A stretch of DNA of 45,770 nt, the filler included, from Trichosphaerium sp. ATCC 40318 (taxonomy: Eukaryota; Protista; Tubulinea), in the NCBI GenBank assembly GCA_038496445.1. It is 2 parts of 2 records of this genome, joined end to end, with 100 filler letters (N's around TTAATTAATTAA, not from the genome) between each part and the next. Parts side by side here need not be neighbours in the genome. Positions count along the whole stretch, not along the records: positions 1 to 28,738 come from JALMLS010000296.1; positions 28,839 to 45,770 come from JALMLS010000252.1. One strand, written 5' to 3'. The notes below the pieces were generated by a model that worked only from the letters and a program-made list of their open reading frames with translations, had not been told where the DNA came from and made no database searches. Both the position numbers and the translations under genes were made by a program. The stretch's first letter is position 1; each line of letters begins with the position of its first letter. This document shows positions 21,356 to 33,310 of the stretch, in pieces.

Positions 21356-21915
21356 ATGAACACTCTGGTGCGCATACAACCATACTTTTAGCATGTGCCG
21401 CTACTAAAACCTTATTTAAGGCAGCAGAACAGAAACAAAGAGCTCATCAATCAGAACACCTAAAAGCCTTGGCTTCACTAACGCTCATGAAAAACCCTCG
21501 ATTAGCTCACTTTTATTTACACCAAGAACACATCTTCCGTTATGAGACTCCATCAAAGTCTACATCTTCTGATATGTACTGTAGCAAATGTGGATTTTTA
21601 CTCATACCTACAGAGACATGTAGCGTACGCATAAAGAACTTGAAGGCACTGCCAGATGGTCTACTTCATGACGTACAGAAAACAACTAAGCATGGCCATA
21701 AAAACGTATTGGTGAGTACTTGCTGGGTTTGCGAGAATAAAGAAACAAGGGTGAAGTCAAACCAACTAAAGAAAAGACCACCACCTCCTACAGCTGAACT
21801 GAGCAGCAAATGGCGTAATGGCAAGCGTAGAAAGACTATGGGTAGTATAAGTAATGTTCTAGAAAAGACAAAGCCCAAGAAACGTAAACAACGTAGAAAA
21901 CCTCAGCGAAAATGA
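21356..21915 (+). CDS. RNase P/MRP subunit Rpr2/Rpp21/Snm1-family protein
   Basis: Short first exon MNTL plus an intron, then LAHFY...YCSKCGFLLIP...CSVRIK...STCWVCEN (two CxxC motifs) and a basic tail. Confidence 0.75.
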
Positions 21916-22149
21916 TCATTACTCCTGATTAAAAATAAAATGAACAGAAATAGGAATTGACTAAGAAAGACGTAAATATGTGATAAAAAATTTTAGTTTA
22001 AAACACGTGCGGTTTTTAATCAGCGGTTATTATTAAAGAAAATTTGGCATACACTTGATAATAAATCAAGAGTACATACCACAGCTGTCAATACTCTTTT
22101 TCTTGGCTACTACTTTTTTTTTTTGGACTGGTTTGTTCTTGTTCCACTT

Positions 22150-23511
22150 CTACTTCTTGTTTACGAATCCAAACTCAACCAACGAATTAACAGTATCTAC
22201 TAATGATTCCTCTATATCACGGAATTCAACTTCCATATCTCTACAGTATAGTTAGTGTTTTAACTAGTATTAAAATGAACGTGCTTTTTAATTTTTGAAT
22301 TATCGAACATAAACTTTTTGTTGAGATTTCTACTTAGCCATCCCCATGTCAATCTTGAGTCCATTACTGCAGCAACATACATTACAAAATTTGGCATTGA
22401 TTTCGTAGGTATTGGCATATTCGGAAAGTTCTTCTTTAGAACTGTAGCAACTTCCAAACAACTCATACTGCCTTGTGTTGAACAAATATATCGTTGACCT
22501 TTCCAGCAATGAGATAATCGGAATAACAGCTGGCCCTTGATGCCACTTACCTTTGATATCTTCGTTCTCCATAGCAATGATATGTGCTTTAGCTACATCA
22601 CGTACATCGACGATACAAAAGTTAAGATTTGGTGCTCGAGGATACTCACCGCTGACAATACTAACAACAGTTACTTTGTTACCAAAAAATCAAGGTTGGG
22701 CGTTTGTACCTTTTGATTATTCCTACGCTTGAGCCTAAACTGCCTTTCGAAAGCACAGGCCCTACGATGAGAGAAGGATTTACAGTTACCAGGGAAAATT
22801 CATCTATGTCTTTTACAAAGTCCCACGCCGCCTTTTCTGCTCTCACTTTACTTAAAGAATACGCCTCATATTTTATGCCCGATGTTGTATTCCAATCTTC
22901 CTCTGTGAATGTTGGTACCTGTCCCTTTGGTACTTTACCATCAAACTCAATAGCAGCAACAGATGACGTTAAAACTACCTATCAATAAAAAAGATCAGCA
23001 CGTGCTTTTTTTGTCAAAAATTCTCAAAAAAGAAAAAAAGCGCCACGTACTTTCTTTACTGTCCCTGATTTTTTACAAGACGTAAGTACATCTATTGTAC
23101 CTTCAACACTATTTGTAAATTAAGGTGTGTCGAATAAAATGAGCGTACGCTGGTTTTAAGAGAGTTTCTTCAGGGTTTTTTACTCCCATTTGAAAAGGTG
23201 ACGCCGTATGTATTACGACGTCTGCGCCAGCTGTTACTTTGTCAAAAGATCCTTTCTTTACCAAATCAGCTTCTAAAATACCTTGTAAATACACCCACAC
23301 AAGGGCATTGCGTTAACTTACCAAATAGTTCCAGTTCGCCTTCAAGTTTGGAAGCCATATCCATTAAATGTTGAGATTTTTCTTTATTGCTTATGTTACG
23401 GACTGTACCACGCACACAGTAGCCTTTTTCAAGAAGTTGTTTAATGACATGCCCTGCTAGATAGCCTGTAGCTCCAGTTACGGCAACGACCTTCCCTTTT
23501 TCTTCTGCCAT
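22150..23511 (-). CDS. NAD(P)-dependent epimerase/dehydratase (aldehyde reductase / CCR-like extended SDR), multi-exon
   Basis: VAVTGATGYLAGHVIKQLLEKGYCVRGTVR, VIHTASP, VVLTSSVAAI, YSLSKVRAEKAAWDF, VNPSLIVGP, VDVRDVAKAH. Confidence 0.92.
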
Positions 23512-24266
23512 GGTGTAGTGTTCTTTAAACGTCCAAATGGTTTTTTAGGACAAACTTGGTACCTTAAGTCGCGATTGAGGGCTATCGTTTGTCCGTAAAT
23601 GCCCGAAGAATAAACTGTTGTGCCATTCGATACAATACACCCAAACAGCTGGATTATAATCATAAATTTACAAGTCGGAAGAAATGTCAAATAAAGAACG
23701 ATCACGTGATATGATACAAACGCGGTCTAGCTACCCTTTTATATTGAAACTCACGTAGGTACAAGGGTACTTATGAACGCTTCACGTAGTCGATAGCGTG
23801 GACCAGCCTTGGCAGATAACATTTCTGTTAACAGTTTGCCATACTTGCCTTCTTTGTTTTTGACATAAATACTTCACCGCCTTCACCACTCCATTCAAAA
23901 ACTACACATTATGATCTCCCATATATCCATTGCTATAGCACTGTGTTTTGATTTGTAGTTGTTTCAACAAAAACTCAAAAAAAACCACGAACTGTCACGC
24001 TTCATTTCAATGTATTAACAACATACTTAGTAGTATTTTAGCATGAGTTTTTTGTTAACGCCATGCGTAGCCTGCGAACACAAAACCATTTTTTGTACCG
24101 AGAACTATCGTGAAGGTGCATTTTATGATTCCGGAGGGTATGTAGAACACTGCATACGCAAAAGGGAGGCTATTTGTTTAGTTGTAGTTTTTTTTTGAAG
24201 TTTTTTTGCCAAACAACACGTGATTTAGTGCAGTTGACATACCATATATCCAAATACTCTGAAACG

Positions 24267-25069
24267 ATGAACACCTCATCAAAGAAAGTCACTACTCAGA
24301 CAATATCATGCGCATTGTTGGGAAGCAGTCAAGTCGGTAAAACAACCTTTATAAAACGTTGTCTTGGAAACTCGTACGATACTTTGAAAAACGTTTAAAA
24401 CAAAGTTAACACGTGTTCCAGTTGCTACAGCAAATACATTCCAACTGAAGGAGAATGTTACACAGCTATACAAAAAATAAACGATAAAGCAACAAGACTC
24501 AATTTATGGGACACGTACGTTCGAACTGAAGGAAAGCAAGTTTTTTTTGGTTCTCATTTTTTTTTAGATCTGGCTCAAAAGACTCTCATTCAAGATGGAG
24601 AAAATTGTCGTTGGCGAACACTGATGTGTGTTTGCTATTGTTTTCAATTGAAAACACACTCTCTTTGTTAGATGTAAGGCTCACGTGGGAACAAGAAATC
24701 AAACAATACAATTCAACCATACCTATTATTCTTGTTGGCACAAGACGAGGAAGACCTTTACCTCCTAAACCCCATCGGGGCCTTCATCCATCCGGCTGGC
24801 GTGTACGATCAGGATTGAACGACGTTCAAACAACTTGCGTTAACGGAGAAATGATGGCGAAGAAAATAAATGCTGTGGGATACTATGAGTGCTATTTAGA
24901 TGGTAGGGGAATACTAGAAGTATTTGATGCTGTAGGCATTCATTTGTCGGCAATTAGAAGAAAGAAAATATGGCGCAAGAGCGTCCGAGCTAGTGTCAAA
25001 TATGCAAGTAGCTGGCCTGGTATTAAAACCCCCAAAAATAAGCGTCACACAAGAGATAGTGCACCATAA
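24267..25069 (+). CDS. Divergent Rho-like GTPase, 3 exons
   Basis: LLGSSQVGKTTFI, KYIPTEGE, LNLWDTSG, TDVCLLLFSI, IPIILVGTR, YYEC. Confidence 0.8.
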
Positions 25070-25569
25070 TGTAAATACCTGAAAATGTAAAATAAATGTA
25101 AACTACAAAAACTGAAAAACCCTTGATATGTCGGACTAGTTGGAAACAGAGGCTGCCAGTAATACCTTGTCTATAACTCCGAAAACGGCGGAGTAAATGA
25201 CCTCCCCAGGGAGTTACGCAGTATCTGTGAGAACGGTTACTAAGGAGATTTTCAAATGCTCCTTTCATCCCTTTACATTAGCAAAACGAAACGGAAGTAG
25301 CTTGACTAAATTGTCACTGTAACTATTTATTTCCTGCTACAATTATGGAGGATAACTTGCGGGGATTAGAATTGTAGGAATAAAGAAATAGTTAAACATT
25401 TTGATTGACCTGAACCTAAACATTATGCCTACTGTCTCCATATAATCGCCATCCATAATATGATTTCTTCGATAAAACTGACACACAAGAGCAGAACAGT
25501 AAACACCAAAAAAAAGTAAAGGCATAATCTTTCAGTGCTTCAACAAAGCTGTTTATTCTTAATTTATTC

Positions 25570-26721
25570 TTAAAATGTAAAAAAGTATGCCTGCTCAGCA
25601 CCAGCGGCAGATTCGTATGTATTCCCCGATATTGATAATTGCTTGAAGTTTGATGGTAAAGAACCGGCGCTCTTTAGGGTCCTACCACGGCTATCCGTAC
25701 CAGCCCACGCAACATAAATCTAACAACCCACAATAAGCTTCAACACCTAAGAGACCCAAAAAAACATACCTTAATACCACACCTCCTTAGAGGATCAGGC
25801 ATCCCACATCCTTTGCACTCTTCTTGACAATGCTCGCTGATTGCTAAACCACATGTTTCATCTTTACAAAAAGATAAGACTCACAGCTTCCGAAAAGCAG
25901 TAATACCTATACATTGATTTGGTTCTTCATCACATTCACTGCAACCCCCTATGTATTTAATACTCTACAAAATGAATCAGCTACGTAGTTATAAAGACAT
26001 TCTAACCTTTGCTACGCCTTTATCTAGCTGTACCACTACTGCCCAGCTTCCAACAACATACTCACCATTCGTAAACAACTTTGAAGGTGTTGCTATCGTT
26101 GCATTTTCGTCACTAGAAATTATTTAAATGGAGCTCATGTATGCCTTCTCTGTACCTGCCTACCAAGGAAACTCGCACCAGAGTATCAACAGCATCTAAT
26201 TGCCAATATAGACTACCTGTCATTGTGTTAACAAAAGAACAAAAGTCGATTGTTATTCTTACTGTTTGCTACTTCTAATCTCGCTAGTTTATCGACTTTA
26301 ACGTTAAATTGGATTGATCCGTACTACGTTTGATTAGAAAACGTCTAAAACGCTTTGTTTTGCGCACTTCTAAGTCGGTAATATTGGCTGTCGTTGGAAA
26401 GCCTGTTGGTGTATCTGCTGACGCGTTTGTAGGCGGATCTGTAGAATTTGAGGCTATTGTTGGCGACAAAGTCGAATTTGTCACTGTGCCGTTTGAAGTC
26501 GTTTCGTTATGCGCTGGAGCGTCTGTTGGTGCAATTGTAGTACTATTCGTTGAAGAATTTTGTAGAGGGCTTTCTGTTGGCTCTAAGGTTACTGGTGCTA
26601 CAGTGGTGTTATCCTGAAGCTGTATTATTGCAATTTCTATGATTGCATCGCTCTTTATTCGGTATGTTTGAGTATGAGCCCAAGCGCATACACAAGCCAA
26701 AAAAAGAACTATGCGTAGCAT
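25570..26721 (-). CDS. Secreted protein with Thr/Ser/Asn-rich stalk and Cys-containing C-terminal domain, multi-exon
   Basis: Signal peptide MLRIVLFLACVCAWA, mucin-like PT/NST region, later exons including IYVAWAGTDSRGRTLKSAG. Confidence 0.6.
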
Positions 26722-27194
26722 ATTGTTGATTTAGGGAGTAAAAGCGTGCACTGAAAAGGTACTCTAAAGTTTAGTTGAACACCTTTGTGGAACGGTCCTG
26801 AAACGTCAGATATAAAACTTGTAAAAGGAGAAAGGTAAAGGTTATACAGATTCTGGTTGGATTTCGGCTTGTTAACTTGACACATTGAACCTACGTATCA
26901 AGAAGAATGCAAGCAATTCCAGCAAAAGTACTGAAGGTTATCTCCAATTTTACTGTATTGCATAGACTACCATTAGACCAAAAGGGGTGCTAACACGTGT
27001 TATTGAAGTGGTAGTACACGACATTACTGTCATGATTGTCTAAGCGAGCAAGATAAATAAAAACATCAACCAAAACACACATACTAATTAGATGGTTTAT
27101 TTTCTATCTGTTGTCTTTTGGGTTTTTTGCGGGTTGCTATGATTTGTACTCTTTTGATTTACCTTTCACTTGTTGTGGCTCTGTTATTTTTTTG

Positions 27195-28701
27195 TTACTC
27201 GATATTTTGATTTTGATCTGTTTGTTTTTTCAACTTGGTTGCGATAATTTTAGATGACAATAATTCAAAGGCTTCTGTCACTACAAATTCCATTATTAAC
27301 ATAGTAATTGTATTGATAAAATTCATACCATTTACTGAGTCTTTGGCTGATATCTCTAAGAACTCCATCCCGTGTGCATCAGCAAAAGCCTGAAAACAGT
27401 AAGAACGGAAATGCAGAATGGCTGCTCAATATTGCCGAGTTTGTTACCTTAGCAGTATCAGTATCAATAACACGATCTGCTGTTAGATCGCATTTAGCTC
27501 CCACAAGTATTTTTTGGATATCTTCTTTTCTCGCATATCTTTCTATCTCATTCATCAACTTGAACAAATTATCAAAAGTCTCTTGGCGTGTTATGTCATA
27601 CGCTAACAGAATACCGTCATGGAAATAGGCACTACGTATTAATCTCGCTTGACATAAAAAACCATTATGATAAAGGGGTACAGTAGCGAAGCGTACCACA
27701 AATATCATAGACATATAGCCTAATCCTGTTGTCGTCTACCTTGATGTCTTTTATTTTCTAAGTCAAAAGGTAAACATCATTCTCACGTGATTTTGTTTGA
27801 GCAAAAAATTACAGGTTCTTTTTCTTCACCACTAGTGGGTATGAATGCTTCCGTAAATGTGTCATCAGCAAATCTAAGTACAATACCAGTTTTTCCAACT
27901 CTTGAATCTCCAAATGCTGTTATTGTATGTTTCATTCAAGTTTTACTAATATTTTCTAGAAAGTGAGTTTTTAGCACTTTTAGCAGATCTAGCAAGATCT
28001 GACACTTCTGTCAAATGGTGTAGATCTATCACAATGTGAACTATTTGTGTTACAATATTGTCCTTCATTGTATGACTTAGTTACCTTACGGTAAGTGATA
28101 GCAAAATTTTCAATGTAAGTTTCAACAGACCATGGAAGATGATCGCAGTATTTCAACTGCACACGGTACGATCAAACCACAGAGGTGTTCAATGCGCTAA
28201 AAGCGAATTAAAAAGGTATGATGTCCTACAAAGCTATCGCATTACCGCCAAACACGGTATGAATGCCTCAAACACTGTTTGCTGTATGTTTTGCTTCAAA
28301 AAATCAACGTACGTGTATAACTTACTAGCGCTACGCTAGCGCCTACCCCACGCTAAGAAGCGCTACGGTAGCATACAAGCAGCAATGAAGGTGTAACAAC
28401 GTCAAAACCGCCCAAAACACCACCAGCGTTGCTGTAGGCTTTGTAAACGCCGCTAGGCGTCAAATATGTAAATAAAAAAGTTTGCTCTGGGGTTTGTTAA
28501 ATCACGTGGGTTTGAAACGGTTGGATTCACTGGACAGGCGTGAGGGTAGATCACATTTAAAAAAATAACAATTTGCAAGATCTGTCAGAAGTGTCAAATC
28601 CGTCAGATCTGACAGATCGGGCAGGAACTGGATTTTTTTTGCTAAAAGTCAGTCTGTCTCAAAACTTGAATGAAACAGACAATACGTGGAATAAATAGTC
28701 G
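27195..28701 (-). pseudogene. Rab1-like GTPase interrupted by a MITE; first exon lost in the gap; divergent
   Basis: Removing the MITE and one TA restores [35 protein letters not shown]. Later GILLAYDITRQETFDNL...KILVGAKCDL...FLEISAK. DTAGQ motif and C-terminal Cys not found. Confidence 0.8.
27923..28682. mobile_element. 760-bp non-autonomous DNA transposon (MITE) with imperfect TIRs and TA target-site duplication
   Basis: Left TA|TTGTATGTTTCATTCAAGTTTT versus right AAAACTTGAATGAAACAGACAA|TA, one mismatch. Subterminal inverted blocks ACTTTTAGC/GCTAAAAGT and TGACACTTCTG/CAGAAGTGTCA. The empty site restores the Rab frame. Confidence 0.88.
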
Positions 28702-28738
28702 CTTTGGTTAACAAGAAGTGTCAGTAACTAGAAATATT

Positions 28739-28838
28739 NNNNNNNNNNNNNNNNNNNNNNNNNNNNNNNNNNNNNNNNNNNNTTAATTAATTAANNNNNN
28801 NNNNNNNNNNNNNNNNNNNNNNNNNNNNNNNNNNNNNN
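28739..28838. other. Artificial contig-joining linker
   Basis: 44 N + TTAATTAATTAA (stops in all six frames) + 44 N, exactly 100 nt. Confidence 0.97.
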
Positions 28839-31800
28839 AAGAACAAGAAGAACTTGATGATGCAAGTGACTCTAGCTCTGAGTACGTTACAAAGTAACGA
28901 ATGGTTACTATCGATTCTTACTTGATTGACACTAGATATGGACTTAAAAAGTAATTGAGCCTTTAAGTGCTACTGAAAGAAAAAGAAGAAGAACCTCGGG
29001 AGGTTGGCCAATGCGTGGTACGTTCAAGATAAGAAAAAACAGCTCGGAATGACTTGAAGTTGCAAATTGTTCTTGAATTACTCCTAACGAGTGTTTAGTT
29101 TGATGGTGTGCCATTGGAAATAGTGGTACATATCATTCAATTCTTGGGTAAACGTGATTCAATCGCTTGTTCTGTTGTTTGCGGGATTGGGAACAAATTT
29201 ATTCAAAGACACTTGTGGCATGATCTCACATGTGACTTGGAAGCAGATGATGACACACCTTTAAAGAAGATGGTAAAAACTGCATTAAGGAGGAAGTCAA
29301 GAGTTAGATCTATTTTCTTTGGAGGTACGCTGAGAAACAACTAAATTCTTCATTTTTTTTTGCAAGAACAACATTCAAAGTAATGCCTTTATTTTAGGTG
29401 TCTCTGAACCTGAATACATGGAAGAGTACGCACTTTCTATGAATATACCAGCAAATGCGTACTAACATCTATTTGTGCTAAAGTGAGATCATTAAGATTG
29501 CTACCAATTGCAAGAACTTAAAGGCTGTCGTAAGTAACGAAATAAGAAAAACGAGATTTTCTTAATTTTTTTTCTTCTCTTACGTTGTGTAGACTATAGA
29601 TAGATTATCAAGTAAGGGGATAAGACCACTTCATGGGTTATATATGGGACACCGTACCATGCATAGATTTATGTTTGGGATGCAAGATGTGGTATGACAA
29701 AAAAGAGAAGACGATTGAACTAACGTACATAACCAATGTTTTAGGTTCACACAGTAAGTGTTAATTGGCTTATCGAACTGGCCAAGCATTGTCCACTTGA
29801 GCTTATATCAATAAGTAAGCAATTGTGCCATGCTGGCCTTCTTGATGTCGTTACCCATCTTCTTAAAAAGTGCGTTATCAGATGGACTACTTTAAAGCTG
29901 TATTTTTTTGAAGTATTATTGTGTACAACTAATTGTGTTCATTAGAGGTGCCCTTAAGAATTTAAAGCATATAAAACTTGGATTATCAACATTTAGAATT
30001 GAACTATTTAATCTTCTTAAAGCGTACGACACCAGTCCAACTGATATTTTTCACAAAAGTTTTAACACTTCAAACAATGCAATTCGCTCTGTTTTTCTTA
30101 CTTTTTTGGACCTTCTTTTTATGGCTATTGTCTTTACACTGTATATAGTATAGTATCCATAGTATCATTAAGCATTTTGACTTGTTTGGTAGGTGTAAAA
30201 CAATTCATATAAATTTTAAAGGAGAATCAAAAGACTATGTTACCATGCTTAATAGCGCCAGCATGCTAAAGAATACATCAAGTCTTGCTCTTATGAGTTC
30301 AGGTGATTACCGTATATGGAATACTGTAAAGACAGTATTCCATAATGACTTTAAATTAAGTCTTCCAAACATAAGGTATGAAAGCAATGTTTTAAGTTAT
30401 CACTTTCATCAACTGTTACTTAATCATTTCTTTTGTACTGTAGGACACTTAAGATCTCTCAAGTCGATTTTCAAAAGGACTTCTTTCTTGACTTGCCAAT
30501 GCTCAGGAAATTAAAGTTATCTCAAATCAGCCTTACTAGAGAAGCGGTAAGAAACATACAAACCAATAGCTGACATTGATGCTAATCTTTTTTTTTTCTT
30601 AACCTTACAGATAGAACATGTTGTAGAACTTACCAAGAATCTTGAATATCTAGACTTGATTGTAGACTGTCCTGATGAAGCACCAACTATCAAGATTGTA
30701 TCAGACTCTTTGACTACATTAAACTTGGTTAATTATGATGGTATTGTGAGTAGTACTGTCTTCATCTTAAATAGCTATTTAACTCTTTATTTAGATTTCT
30801 GTTGAAGCGCCTAAGCTTTTGAGAGCTCTTCTTTATGCAAATCAACTCATAGTTAATTGCGCAAATCTTATAAAACTTACAAGTCTATACAGATGTGATA
30901 TTATAGTATTGAAGTGTCCTAAACTTCGTTTTGCCGAATGCTCTAGACTTCCAGAACTGTACGTACTTCTTTCTTTTCCCATTTTTTCTTTTTTTTTTTT
31001 TGTTGCTGGTATCACCGGTGCTTAGTATCTTATTTTCTTCTTCTTTTCCTTTAGGTCAGCGAATACTATTGAAGTGCTTTCTATCAAGGATAGCAGGAGG
31101 AGAATTGAAATGCCTCCAAAGATGAATTTTATTAAACTTCGTCATTTGTCAGTTAATCGTGTTGATATGTTGCAGACTTCAGAGTTCCCTGTACTGGAGT
31201 GTTTCACCGCTACTGGTATGTACTAATATTTTTTACAAATCACATAAAATCGCTTTCAACAACAAGAGACGAAACTTGACAATCAAAAAACCACGAGCTG
31301 CCTTTTTTGTTTGGAAGACTTGAGAATTTTGTTTTCTGAAATTTCAGTTGCTACACCATCTATCGGTGGGTACTCAAACGTTATTGTTTTTTGCCCATAA
31401 AATACGATAAACAGCTTAGTTTGTTGTTCAATAGTAGGCCACTGACATTGAAAATTAGGTAGCAATAAAAAGAGTATTGATGCATTGATGAGAAGTAAAA
31501 AGTTAAAGTTTTGTACTATTAATGGATTACACAACTCGTTTCCATTCTGCAATGAAACCTTGGTATACTTGGATTTATCATTAACATCAAAAGCTCCAGG
31601 ACCAGTAATAGATTGTCCAAATCTTGTACGTCATTTCCCTTAAACCACTGCAGTTAACACTTTCTCATTTTTTTCTTATATGTGTTTAGAGATATCTTGG
31701 CTTTTCTTGTTCTTCTTTGCCTAGACTTTCAAAACGTACATATAAAATCAAGGAATTAAGATTGTCTTCCATGAATCAGATGAATGTTGTTGCGTTTACA

Positions 31801-32720
31801 AACATGATTAAACAGTTGAGAAGATTGGAAGCTCTTTATATATTTAACTTTACAGAAGTCACTGAAATAGTCATTCAAAGCAATAAGTTGAGTTCTATCA
31901 GTACGTATTCATTTACTATGTCTGTATTACACCACATTAGCTCCATATCACTTATTGCTGATCAGTTAACTTTCATCAAATCTTAGCTTTGAGAAAGGCA
32001 AACGCATTGATTTTTTAGCTTGCAGTTTTTTTTTCTTTGTTTTTATCTGTTTCTGCGTTTACTCATCTTGTTGTTTTTATTAGCACTTCTCCGTACAAAA
32101 AGTCTTGAAACTCTTAAATTGAATACACCAAGATTGGTCAATGCTCATATTCGGGATATACCTCAATTATCATATATATCATGGGGTAATAAGCCAATGA
32201 ATGCACTTAGTACATTAGATTTAAGTGGAAACTACAGTCTTGGCGATAATGGGCTAAACCTAACTACTTCAAAAGTATTTCCTTTTTCTAACCTTGTTAA
32301 TCTTGGACTTGCTTCAACATGTATAAGTATAAAAACACTCAACATAATCAATGAAAACTGTAATTCATTACTCAGGGTACAAAAAAACAAAGACATGGGC
32401 TTGAAACTTTATTTTGTCCAAACGCTTACCCTTTATTTTTCTAGGTCGATGTGAGTTATATTAAAACAATCCAAAACAGAGATAGACAGAAAATGCGTTA
32501 TAAATTAACTGGAAGGCGTGGTGTCAGAGATAATATCCCAGGAGCCCGTAAGTAACTTTTCTGTTTACAAACTTTTTGTTGTTGCTAGTTTGTAGCTAAA
32601 CTAAAATTATTTCTAGAGTCATCACTACATTGTACAGAGTATAGTAAACATATCAAAGGTGTTGATGCTATTCTTAAACGTCCTACAATTGGAAGATTTG
32701 ATAGAAATGGCCGATATTAA
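28839..32720 (+). CDS. F-box / LRR protein, many exons, 5' truncated by the gap
   Basis: F-box VPLEIVVHIIQFLGKRDSIACSVVC; LRR-like units such as LEYLDL, CPKLRF, LSTLDLSGNYSLGD and LVNLGLAST. Confidence 0.8.
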
Positions 32721-33310
32721 GTCAGAACATAGTTATTTATTATGGAGGAACTTGGGCGTTATTTTCGGACACTTAGAAGAAGTTGTAGTGGTTCTCAAAA
32801 AAGATACTTAGTATCTCGAGTTTTTACCTTGTAAACGTTGATTGATGAGTTGCTTTCAGAGCTTTAGAAACTTATACTGCAGTCTCATACATTGTTGAGT
32901 GCAATCGGCCAACCATTTTTTAGTTTTACATCTTCACACCATGTAATCACATGGCTTTCGGCCCAAGTCGTCCATTTTCATGTCATGATTTAGCTTCACC
33001 ATGTAGGTTACCATCACAAATTGACCATACTACACACTTGTGTTAACAGTATACAACTGAAACAACGATTTTGTTTGCTACTCATGTGTAGTTTAGACGC
33101 TCAATATGTAGTACAGGCTCACAATTCTAAGTCACTGGCCGTATGTTTGACGCTTAAGCAAACAATAAGCCAATTGAAAGGCACAACACAACGGCTAAGA
33201 ATTGAACACCATGCAAACCGCAACCAACGAACATCAAACACGAAAAAAATAAGACAAAAGTATCCCTGTAACAGCATTCCCAATTGATAGAGGCAAATAA
33301 GAACATAAAA

